Source: Candidatus Krumholzibacteriia bacterium (GTDB lineage Bacteria; Krumholzibacteriota; Krumholzibacteriia; JAJRXK01). From it: a DNA stretch of 64,000 nucleotides. The DNA lies in NCBI GenBank assembly GCA_041484665.1, contig JBGPIA010000005.1, forward strand, positions 64,001-128,000. Reading direction: 5' to 3'. Below the pieces are notes generated by a model. It was not told where the DNA came from and made no database searches. It saw only the letters and a list, made by a program, of their open reading frames with translations. Position 1 is the stretch's first letter. Every line of letters begins with the position of its first letter. Below, one piece after another: positions 41,999 to 51,600 of the stretch. Position numbers and translations under genes: made by a program.

Positions 41999-44062
41999 AT
42001 GCGCCACCCCACGACCGTCTGCCGGGGTCACCGCTTCGCCCGCAGGCGGAAGCTCCGCATCCTGCTACTGGGCTGCCTGCTGGCCGCCGCGCCGGCGGCC
42101 GGGCGCGCCGAGGACGAGCTGCACTACGGCTTTGGCGAGCGGAGGTTGGCATCGATCGACATCCGGGGCAACCGCGCGTTCAGTGACGGGACGCTCAAGG
42201 ACCTCCTGCCCATCCGGCAGCAAAGCTGGTACCTCCCCTTCGGCGCCGCGCGCTACCGTCGCGACCAGCTCTGGTTGGGGAAGGACGCCATCCAGAGCTT
42301 CTACGCCAGCGCGGGCTTCCACGAAGCCGTGGTGGAGGTCTCCAACGTGGACATCCGCTCCGGCGGCGACCGCATCACCATCTCCATCCGCGAGGGCCCC
42401 CGCACGCGCGTCGGCACGGTCGAGTTGCGCGGCTGCGAGCCGCTCACGCAGGAGCAGTTGTTGCCCCTGCTCGTCCACCCCCCGGGCTCTCCCGCGCCGG
42501 CGCTCGAGCGTGAGTACGGCAGCGATCTCTACCGCCTGCGCAGCGCCTATGTCGCGCGGGGCCATCTGCTCGCCCAGGTCGAGATGAGCCAGGTCAAGCG
42601 CGACTCGCTGGTGGATATCGTCTACACGATCCGCCCAAGGCCGCCCTTCACGGTGCGCGAGGTGCTGATCGAAGGCAACGAGCGCACCCACGAGCACCTC
42701 ATCCGCCGCGAGCTGCGCTTGCGCGCGGGCAGCCGATTCGACCTGGAGGAGGTGGGCCGAGCCCGCGCCAAGCTCTTCGCCACCGGCTACTTCCGCGACG
42801 TGAGCTTCGAGACCACCGATCTGGACAGCACCAACGCCACCTGCACGTTGCGGCTGCGCGTGCTGGAACGCAGGACCGCGTTCTACGAGATCGGGGTGGG
42901 CGCGGGGCAGCGCGAGCCGCTGCGCCTGTCGGGGGCGTGGGGCGAGCGCAATCTCTTCGGCAGCGGACGAGGCCTCACGCTGCGCAGCCGCGTCTGGCTC
43001 CGCGTGGAGAACGTGCTGGGCTCCGATGTGCAGCGCCTGGTGTTCGACCATCAGGAGGACTTGATCTACCAACACCCGCACCTGTTGGGATCGCGGTACA
43101 ACATTGCGCTGAACTCCTTCTTCAGCAAGGAGACCCGCGGTGAGTCGGGCATCGCCCTGGAGCGCCTGGGGATCAACGCGGGCACCACGCTCTACACGGG
43201 ACGCAGCCGCACCATCGATCTGGGCTTCTCCAACCAGCGCATCCAGAAGCTGATCCTCAACGAGGTGCCCCAGTCGGAGCGCGCCGACGTGGAGCGCATC
43301 GGGCTCAATCTCGCCACCACGCGCTCGGTGACCCTGTGGCTCACCCACGAGACGCGCGACAACCCGCTGCAGCCCCAGCGTGGCACGTTCGGTCAGCTGG
43401 TGCTGCAGGGAGCGGGCGGGCCGGTGCTGCGCAAGGACAATAGCTTTCTCAAGGCCGTGGGCGAATACAGCCACCTGTTCACGCTGCCGGCCCGGTCGGT
43501 ACTGGGCGTGCGCGGGAAAGTCGGTTGGGCCGAGGCGTACTGGCGGTCGGCCGATCTGGGGCCGGCGGGGGTTCCCCTCGAGGACCGCTTCTTCGCGGGC
43601 GGGCAGTCCACGGTGCGCGGCTACCGGGACAACAGCCTGGGACCGCGTCTGACGGCAGCCGATACGGCCGCGGTCAGCGACGTCCGCTTCCTGGCCAACC
43701 GCCCGGCGGCCGGTGGCAACGCGCTGCTGGTGCTCAACGCCGAGCTGCGTTTCCCGTTTCCCGTACTCTCGCGCTGGGGGATCGGCCTGGCGCTGTTCGC
43801 CGACGGCGGCAACGTCTGGGAGGACTGGAAGCGGGTGCAACTGAAGGAGTTTGCGCTGCGCAGCGCTCCGGAATCCACGGATCCCATCCTCGCGTTCCGC
43901 ACCAGCGTCGGAGTCGGACTCCACTACAACACCCCGGTGGGGCCACTGCGGCTGGAGTACGCCATTCCACTGCGCAGGGCACAACTCCAGCGCGAGCAGG
44001 GTGGGCCGCCCGAGGTCGACCCCCAGCACCTCTGGCACTTCAGCCTCGGGTATGCGTTCTAG
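41999..44062 (+). CDS. Omp85 family outer-membrane protein with 3 POTRA domains (TamA/TamL-like)
   Basis: Signal peptide, three POTRA-like repeats, FFAGGQSTVRGY, TPVGPLRLEY, C-terminal FSLGYAF; adjacent TamB-like gene. Confidence 0.88.
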   Translation: MRHPTTVCRGHRFARRRKLRILLLGCLLAAAPAAGRAEDELHYGFGERRLASIDIRGNRAFSDGTLKDLLPIRQQSWYLPFGAARYRRDQLWLGKDAIQSFYASAGFHEAVVEVSNVDIRSGGDRITISIREGPRTRVGTVELRGCEPLTQEQLLPLLVHPPGSPAPALEREYGSDLYRLRSAYVARGHLLAQVEMSQVKRDSLVDIVYTIRPRPPFTVREVLIEGNERTHEHLIRRELRLRAGSRFDLEEVGRARAKLFATGYFRDVSFETTDLDSTNATCTLRLRVLERRTAFYEIGVGAGQREPLRLSGAWGERNLFGSGRGLTLRSRVWLRVENVLGSDVQRLVFDHQEDLIYQHPHLLGSRYNIALNSFFSKETRGESGIALERLGINAGTTLYTGRSRTIDLGFSNQRIQKLILNEVPQSERADVERIGLNLATTRSVTLWLTHETRDNPLQPQRGTFGQLVLQGAGGPVLRKDNSFLKAVGEYSHLFTLPARSVLGVRGKVGWAEAYWRSADLGPAGVPLEDRFFAGGQSTVRGYRDNSLGPRLTAADTAAVSDVRFLANRPAAGGNALLVLNAELRFPFPVLSRWGIGLALFADGGNVWEDWKRVQLKEFALRSAPESTDPILAFRTSVGVGLHYNTPVGPLRLEYAIPLRRAQLQREQGGPPEVDPQHLWHFSLGYAF

Positions 44063-44071
44063 AGTATATCT

Positions 44072-47000
44072 ATGTGGGTGAAGACCACACGCATCACGCT
44101 GCTCGTGGCGTTGCTCGTGGCGACCGCCGTGTTGGCGTATCTGGCCGCCAACCCGCACCTGTACGCCGGCCAGATCGGCAAGATGATCAGCCGCAATCTC
44201 CTGCAGGACTCGGGGCTCACCCTGTCCTTCCGCACCTTCGAGGGCAATCCGCTGCGGGACGTGCGCTTCCTGGACGTGACCCTGGTCGGCCGCGGCGGGA
44301 ACCTCGGGTTTGCCTACGTGAGTTGCGACACCGTACAGGTCTCCTACGATCCGCGCGCGTTGCTCGCCGGCGAGATCCACGTCAGCCGGCTGGTGGCGTC
44401 CTCCCCGCGCCTGGTGCTGCGGCGTGACGCGGCCGCCGGTCATCAGCCCGCCAACCACGAGACCAAACTCCTGGCGCTTCCCACGCTTTGGGACCGGCGC
44501 CTCCACGTCGAGCACCTGGAGCTGCGCAATGCCTCGGCCACGGTCACCTCGTCCTCGGGGCTCCCGCAGGAGCAGATCGCCCGCGTGCACGTCGTGGGCG
44601 GTGCCAGGCTGGAGGCCGGCACGCTGCGGGTCGACTTGGCGCGGCTGCAAGGCCGCTGGGGCTCACGGCACGTGGCGGTGCAGGAGGCGCGGGGCCGCGT
44701 GGAGTGGCGCCAAGACGGCATCCACATCGACGGCGCCCACGTGGTGCTCGACAGCACCGTCGCCGACGTCGACGGCGTGGTCGGGCAGGGCACTCTCGAC
44801 CTGCGCGTCAAGGGGCAGCCCGTGGTCCTGACCGAGGCCTTCCGGCTGCTGTCGTTGGGCGCCGTCCCGCGCGCGCTGCTGCGTGGCGAGGCCCACATCA
44901 TCAAGGCCGACAGCCACAGCGACAGCGTACGTATCCAGGCGTTGGCCGACGGGCAAATCGCCACCTACCCCTTCCAGCGCGTCCGCTTCAACGCCACCGT
45001 GCACGCAACCGGGATGGTCGTGCACCGCGCGCAAGGGACGTTCCTGGGTGCCGAGGTGGACGGCTCGGGAGACGTCGGCTTCAAGACCTCGGTGCTGTCG
45101 ATCCGGACCCACATCCGGCAGGCCGACCTGGCCCAGCCGTGGACGGGCAAGGATCTGCACTGGCCCAGCAGCGATCTCGCGGGACGCCTGAGCCTGACAG
45201 TCCATCTGATCCCGCCGGTGGCCGTCGACCTGCGGGTCGACCACGCCGCCGGCAGCGTGATGCAGCTCCCCATCGACTCGCTGCAGGTCGCCTTGCACTT
45301 CGACGACCGGCACGGGCTGGACCTGCACCGGGCGCGCGCAGTCTGCCTGCAAACCGCGCTGGTGGCGGAGGGCACCGTGGACAGCGCCAACACGGTCGCC
45401 ATCCTGGTACGCGCTCGCGCCGACGACCTCGGTCCCTGGCAGCGTCGCTACCACCTGCCCGTCTCCGGCACGGGGCTGGAGATCGCGGGCACCCTCGACG
45501 GACCGGCCGCGTCGCCCGGCCTGCACGTGGGCGCGTCGCTGCGCACGCTCGATGCGTTCGGCTTCTCGGCGTGGGGCGCCCAGGCCGTCGTGGAGCTCGC
45601 GCGCTTCGACTCCGCCGACACCCTGCGCGCCAATCTGGTCTCACCCCGGCTGCAGTACCGCGGCCGGCGCATGGGGTCGCTCGAGTTCGATGTCCGTCGC
45701 GCGGCGCCCCTGACCGAGATTCCCGAGCTGCGCCTGGCCATGGGCGACACGACGCTGAGCGCATCCGGGCGGATCGCGCAGGGCCAGGACGGCCAGATCC
45801 AGGTCGCGCTGGCCGCGCTGCAATTCGGCCTGGGGAAGGAGCTGTGGAGCCTGTCGCGCCCAGCGACGGCAACGATCGCCGGATCGGCGATCCAGGTCGA
45901 CGCTGTAGACGTCGTCTCGAGCACCGGACACGTGATGCTCAGCGGCGGCGTCGACGCGCAGGACCGCCTCTCGCTGCGTCTGGAGCTCGACGACGGGGAG
46001 CTCGCGCTACTGCCCCGGCTGGGCTTGGGACCGCACGACCTGCGGGGTACGATCACCGGTTTGGTGGAGCTGTCCGGCACCCGGGCGCAGCCGGGCTTCA
46101 CCGCGCGCGTGGAGGTCAAGGACGCGACGGTCGCGCAGCGGCAGTTCGACCGCGTGCGAGCGGAACTCACGTCGGCGGGCTCGACCCTGACGGCCGACTC
46201 GCTGGCCGTCGAGAGCCAGCACGGGCAGCTGCGCGTAGACGGCACCGTGGAAATGGGCGCTACGACCTGGCTGCGTACGCTCGCCTTCGAGGGGAGCCGC
46301 TGGCGAGAGCTGCTCGCGCCCGCCCGCCTGGACCTCCACGTGGCGGCCGAGCAGATCAATCCGCTCTACTGGTCCCGCCCCGACCGGCCGGATACCAGCT
46401 TGGGCTGGCTCAGCACCGACTTGCGGGCCCAGGGCACGGCTCGATCGCCCCGCGTGCACGGCGAGGTGACGGTCATGAACCTGCACAGCGGGCTCCTGAT
46501 CGTGCCCGCGGTCACGGGCCAGGTGGAGGCGGACAGCGCTGGCGTGCGCATCAACAGTGGGAACCTGCTTGCACCGCAAGAGTGGCTCAACTTCTCCGGT
46601 CGATTGCCCCTGCGCATCTCCGCCCTGGCCGCTCCCGTCTGGCGTCCGGAGGACGGCATCCAGCTCAGCGTGAGAACCGCCGAGAACGCTCCGCTCGATC
46701 CGCTCGTGAACATCTGGCCACACTTCACCCTGATCGGCGGCACCGGCAACCTGAGCTTCGACGCCAGCGGCGACCCGCGCGCGCCCACGCTCGAGGGCGA
46801 GCTGCATATCCGCAACGGCTCCGTCCAGCTGGAGCGCACGCTGGAGAAGCTGCGCGAGATCGAAATCGACGCCCACTTCAAGGACAACGTGCTGCGCATC
46901 GAGCGTGTAGCCGCCCGCGAGGGCTTGAAGGGCGAGCTGCACGCCCAAGGCGAGCTGCGCTTCAAGGGCCTGGTGCCCGACGACATTGCGCTGGACATCC

Positions 47001-47974
47001 AAGCCGACCGCTTCCAGTTCATCTCGGTCCCACGCTTGCTGGCGTTGCTGCGCAGCAACGACCTGAAGCTGCGCCTGGTTCGTCCAGTGCCGGGGAGCCC
47101 GCGCGCCCCCAAGATCACGGGGCGGGTCGAGGTGATCCAGGCCGAGTACACCGGCGAGTTCACCGAGTCGGGCGGCCAGTCTGGCGGTGCCATCGTCGAG
47201 ACCGACCTCCCGGACTGGCTGGCCGACCTCGACGTCACCACCGCCGGGCTGGTCGTCATCAACAATCGCGCCTTCGATGTGCGCGTCGAGGGCGACGTGA
47301 AGTTCACGCGCGACGAAGGCGGCCTCGGGCTGGCCGGTGTGGTCGATGTCCCGTCCGGACGGGTGCCCATCTTCAACAACGACTTCACCATCACCAGCGG
47401 GCACCTGACCTTCAACAGCCTCGAGCGGCTCGTGCCGCAGGTCGACATCACGGCGGTGACCAACTTGCCCGTCTATGGCGACCAGCGCGAGCTGGACCGC
47501 AGACTGGAGAAAGTGACCGTCCAGATGACCGGCAGTCTGGACGAGCCGAAGGTGAGCTTCTCCAGCGAGAGCGGCTACGACCGTGAGACGATCGTGCGGA
47601 TGCTGGCCGGCTTCTCCAACGAGGCCGGGCCGCAGCGCACGGCCATCGCCGATGTGGCTCTCGCCGGCGCGCTCAACCAGCTAGAGCGCCGCCTGGCCAA
47701 CGACATCGGTCTGATCGACACCTTCGACATCGACACCGAGGGGGGCAGGGTCCGGACCGCCGGATCCGGCCCCAGCATCGCGGTGGGCAAGTACATCTCG
47801 CCCAACTTCTACCTCAAGTACGGGCAGGGATTCTCCGTGAGCGAGCGCGACGTGTTCCTCGAGTACCAGATCAATCGCCACCTGCTGTTCACCACCGAGT
47901 TCAGCCGCCGCCTGCGGGAGACCACCGCGGAGACGCAGTACAACTTCAACGTGAACTACCGCGTCGAGTACTGA
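44072..47974 (+). CDS. Translocation/assembly module TamB-like protein (1300 aa)
   Basis: N-terminal TM anchor, long beta-rich body, DUF490-like C-terminus (MTGSLDEPKVSFSS, VGKYISPNFYLKY, LEYQIN). Confidence 0.85.
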   Translation: MWVKTTRITLLVALLVATAVLAYLAANPHLYAGQIGKMISRNLLQDSGLTLSFRTFEGNPLRDVRFLDVTLVGRGGNLGFAYVSCDTVQVSYDPRALLAGEIHVSRLVASSPRLVLRRDAAAGHQPANHETKLLALPTLWDRRLHVEHLELRNASATVTSSSGLPQEQIARVHVVGGARLEAGTLRVDLARLQGRWGSRHVAVQEARGRVEWRQDGIHIDGAHVVLDSTVADVDGVVGQGTLDLRVKGQPVVLTEAFRLLSLGAVPRALLRGEAHIIKADSHSDSVRIQALADGQIATYPFQRVRFNATVHATGMVVHRAQGTFLGAEVDGSGDVGFKTSVLSIRTHIRQADLAQPWTGKDLHWPSSDLAGRLSLTVHLIPPVAVDLRVDHAAGSVMQLPIDSLQVALHFDDRHGLDLHRARAVCLQTALVAEGTVDSANTVAILVRARADDLGPWQRRYHLPVSGTGLEIAGTLDGPAASPGLHVGASLRTLDAFGFSAWGAQAVVELARFDSADTLRANLVSPRLQYRGRRMGSLEFDVRRAAPLTEIPELRLAMGDTTLSASGRIAQGQDGQIQVALAALQFGLGKELWSLSRPATATIAGSAIQVDAVDVVSSTGHVMLSGGVDAQDRLSLRLELDDGELALLPRLGLGPHDLRGTITGLVELSGTRAQPGFTARVEVKDATVAQRQFDRVRAELTSAGSTLTADSLAVESQHGQLRVDGTVEMGATTWLRTLAFEGSRWRELLAPARLDLHVAAEQINPLYWSRPDRPDTSLGWLSTDLRAQGTARSPRVHGEVTVMNLHSGLLIVPAVTGQVEADSAGVRINSGNLLAPQEWLNFSGRLPLRISALAAPVWRPEDGIQLSVRTAENAPLDPLVNIWPHFTLIGGTGNLSFDASGDPRAPTLEGELHIRNGSVQLERTLEKLREIEIDAHFKDNVLRIERVAAREGLKGELHAQGELRFKGLVPDDIALDIQADRFQFISVPRLLALLRSNDLKLRLVRPVPGSPRAPKITGRVEVIQAEYTGEFTESGGQSGGAIVETDLPDWLADLDVTTAGLVVINNRAFDVRVEGDVKFTRDEGGLGLAGVVDVPSGRVPIFNNDFTITSGHLTFNSLERLVPQVDITAVTNLPVYGDQRELDRRLEKVTVQMTGSLDEPKVSFSSESGYDRETIVRMLAGFSNEAGPQRTAIADVALAGALNQLERRLANDIGLIDTFDIDTEGGRVRTAGSGPSIAVGKYISPNFYLKYGQGFSVSERDVFLEYQINRHLLFTTEFSRRLRETTAETQYNFNVNYRVEY

Positions 47975-48094
47975 GCGCGCCCCTCTCCGGCGCGAGCACC
48001 GCACCCAGCGTCCTGCGGCCCCCCGGCCCGCAGCGCAATCGCGCCAAGCCGCCTTCACTCCGCCGCCACCCGCCCGCAGCAGCACGCCGTTCAC

Positions 48095-48363
48095 GGCCGC
48101 CGGCTCCGCCCAGTCTCTCCCGCGACGTCCTCGCCCCGCGGCGACTTGCTGGTAGCAGCACAACGCTGACGGCCCCTGGCTCCGCACGGTCTGCGAGCGA
48201 CACTCCGCAGCCCGCCGGCCGATTCCTGGGTTGATCGCCGGCGGGCGAGGACCGTCGCGAGCGGACCGTGCGGAGTCAGGGGCCTGTGCACGACGTGCTG
48301 GAACGGGTCGTTGGCCACGGGGCTGCGGAGTGTCGCGGGAGAGACTGGGCGGAGCCAGCGGCC
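48095..48363 (+). repeat. Hairpin element copy D (contains copy E)
   Basis: cgcgacgtcctcgccccgc ... ggggctgcggagtgtcgcg; 18 bp at 48320-48337 identical to 14621-14638. Confidence 0.85.
48171..48284 (-). repeat. Hairpin element copy E, inverted and nested in copy D
   Basis: 48240-48259 is the reverse complement of 14574-14593; 48197-48215 is the reverse complement of 14619-14637; loop shares cgatcaa with copy A. Confidence 0.87.
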
Positions 48364-48486
48364 TGCGGTCGGCTTGCTCCGATGGGGCGCAGGCCGCCGA
48401 GCCGTGGAGGGCTTTGCGGGGATCAGCTGCGGGCCGGGGGGCCGCAGGACGCTGGGTGCGGGCGGGCGCGGGAGAGGCGGCGATTT

Positions 48487-48516
48487 TTGACGCGCACCAC
48501 CGCACATGTGTACACT
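48487..48516 (+). promoter_or_regulatory. Putative sigma70 promoter of the peptidase-Omp85 gene
   Basis: TTGACG-18 bp-TACACT just downstream of the giant palindrome. Confidence 0.6.
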
Positions 48517-48609
48517 ATCAGTGGTGCGGTTGATTGGGCGAACCCTCCCCGGAGGGCTCCTGGGCAATCCTGCCGGCAACGGCGCGTCCCCCCCTGCGGA
48601 GACCTCACG

Positions 48610-51600
48610 ATGACCTCCCCGCGCTCCTCCCCGCGCTGGCGCTTCGCGGCGCTGGCAGTGGCGGCAGCTTCCCTGCTCGTCGCCGCCTCGCCACGGGCGC
48701 CATGGGCCCAGAGCTTCGGCCGCAACAAGGTGCAGTACCAGAACTTCGACTGGAGGGTGCTCAGCACCCCCCATTTCGAGATCTTCTTCTACGACGAGGC
48801 GGTGGCCGCGCACGCCGCGCTGATTGCCGAGGATGCCTACGTGCGCCTCAGCAAGGTCTTCCATCACCAACTGTCCAGTCAGATTCCTTTCATCCTCTAC
48901 GCGTCGCCCAACGACTTCCAACAGACCAACATCAGCGACGAGCTGATCGGCGAGGCGACCGGGGGATTCAGCGAGCCGGCCCGCAACCGCATGGTGCTGC
49001 CGTACCCCGGGGACAACCCCACCTTCCTGCACGTGATCAACCACGAGCTGGTGCACGTGTTCATGTTCGACATCGCCTACCACAGCACGGCCAAGGGCGC
49101 GGCACGCCGGGCCCTCTTCCCGATTCCGCTGTGGTTCGCCGAGGGTGCCGCCGAGTGGTTCTCCAGCGGCTGGGACAAGCAGGCGGACATGTGGATCCGG
49201 GACGCCACGGTGTACGACTGGCTGGCGCCCCTGCCGTATGTGGGGGGCGGGTTCCAGGTCTACAAGGAAGGCCAGGCGGCCATGCGCTACCTGGCAAAGA
49301 CCTACGGCGACGAGAAGGTCGTGGAGCTGTTCAAGAACGTCGGCCGCACGCGCGACCTGGGCAAGGCCCTGGAGACGACCATCGGCCTCGATGAGCAGGC
49401 CTACTCGGAGCGCTGGGTCAAGGCGATGAAGCAGGAGTACTGGCCGCTCTACGCCAACAAGCAGGAGCCCGAGACGGTCGGGCGCCGGCTCACCGACCAC
49501 GAGAAGGAGCGGGCCTATTTCAACCAGCACCCGTGTCTCTCGCCGGACGGGCGCTACGTCGCGTTCTTCAGCGATCGCAGTGGGCTGGTAGACCTGTTCC
49601 TCATGAACGCGGCCGATGGGACGCTGGTGCGCAAGCTGATCACCGGCTACAAGAGCAATCGCTTCCTGAGCCTGCACAGCTTCGAGAGCAGCATCGGCTT
49701 CTCCGGGTCCGGAGACCGCATCTGCTTCATCGCCAAGAGCGGCCCCCGCGAGACGCTCTACGTCGTCCGCGTCGACAATGGCAAGGTGGTCAAGAGCATT
49801 CCGCTGGGCATGGACATGGCGCGCAGCCCCGCGTGGTCGCCGGCCGCCGATCTGGTCGTTCTCAGCGGCACGCGCTCGGGCCGCACCGATCTCTACCTGA
49901 TCGACCTCCACAGCGGCAAGATCGATCGGCTCACCGACGATGCGGCCGACGAGCTTTCGCCCGCCTGGTATCCCAGCGGCGATCGGGTCCTCTACAGCGC
50001 ATACCCCGGCGCTACCGCAGACGTGCGCTTCTCCCGCGACGAGCACGGCATCACGCGGCTGGAGCCCGTGGACTTCGCCAGCGACAAGAACGTGGAGCGC
50101 GACGGTCACTCCTACGACCTCTGGTCGATCGACCTCCTCGCCCGCAAGCCGGAACTGGTGGTGGCTTCGGCCGGCGACGACACAGACCCCGTGGTCGTGG
50201 ACGACAGCACGATCGTCTTCGTGAGCGATGCGAGCGGCGTCAGCAACCTGTACTTCCACGACCTGAAGACCCGCAAGACGCACCGTTTCAGCGACGTGCT
50301 CGGCGGCTTGTTCCATCCCACGGTGAGCGCCTCGGCCGACCGACTGATCTTCACGGCCTTCAATCAGGGGGGCTTCGACCTCTTCCTGATGGAGAACTTC
50401 CGCGCCTACGCCCAGGAGCACCCGTTCGCCGATCCGATCGATCCGAAGGTGCTGGCAATCGCGTCTGCTGCGGCGGCGCCGGACTCCTCGGATCGGGTGC
50501 TCGCGCTGCTCACGCCGCGCACGAGCGCACAGCTGCCCGTCACCGACGAAGCGGGTCCGGCACAAGCCGGCCCGGCGTCCGGTGCGGGGCCCGGCCAGAC
50601 GTCCGGCGCGACGATCGGTGCCCCGACGGGGAGCGCAGCGCCCACGGAGACAGGCAGCGCACCGACGGCGACGACGGACACCGCGCCACCAGCGGAGGCA
50701 CAGACCGCGCCGCCTGCAGCCGCTGGCGTGCCGGCCGCTTTGCCCCCGGGAACGCCAGCCGCCTCCCCCACCGGCGGGGCGGCTCCTGCGGGCACGGCGA
50801 CGCCGGCCCAGCCGGCGACGGGCGCGGCGACGACTGCCAAGACCGCGGAGCCGCCCGGCCCGTCCGCGGGCGCCTCACCGGACGCTGCAGGGAACGGGCC
50901 GGCGAGCGGCACGGAGGTGGGCGTGCCGGGCGGGCCGCCCGAGCTCGCGCCCGCTGGTGTCCTCCCGCCGCAGGAGAAGAGCACGCCGGTGCGCCGGCCC
51001 ATCGGGTCCGTCGAGCGCTACTCGCCGCGCTTCTCCCTGGATCCCATCGGTGGCGGAGGCTTCGGTGGGGTCTACTACAGCTCCAGTCTGGGGTTTGCGG
51101 TGGCCAACGTGATCAGCTTCAGCGATCTGCTGGGCAACCACCGCATGCAGTTCCTGGTGAACTTCTACGGCTCGTTCAAGGACAGCGATCTGGCGGCCAG
51201 CTACTATTACCTCAAGCGACGCGTCAACTACGGGTTGGGCGTGTTCCACTACAGGAACTATATCAACAGCAACTTCACGAGCTTGGGCGAGGTGTTCGAG
51301 GGCCCGCGGCTGTTCAGCGAGCGCAACTACGGCATCTTCGGCCTGGCGAGCATGCCGTTCACCCAGTTCGACCGGGTCGACCTCGAGATGCAGTGGTACA
51401 CCAGTGACCGGACCTTCTACGCCATCGACGACGCCGGATTCGCCATCAGCACCGGCAGCAGCACGGCGCAGCTGGTGCAGCCCTCGCTCTCGTTCGTCCA
51501 CGATACGGCCTTCTACGGCCCGCACGGGCCCGTCACCGGGACACGCTGGCTGGTGAGCTTTTCGCCCGCGCTGCCGATCAGCGACAGTAGCGTCAAGCGC

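Larger units (their letters stand above)
47982..48477. repeat. ~500-bp nested imperfect palindrome
   Basis: Perfect 36-bp IR 47999-48034/48426-48461; perfect 25-bp IR 48102-48126/48332-48356; 21-bp IR (1 G-T) 48171-48191/48264-48284. Confidence 0.92.
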
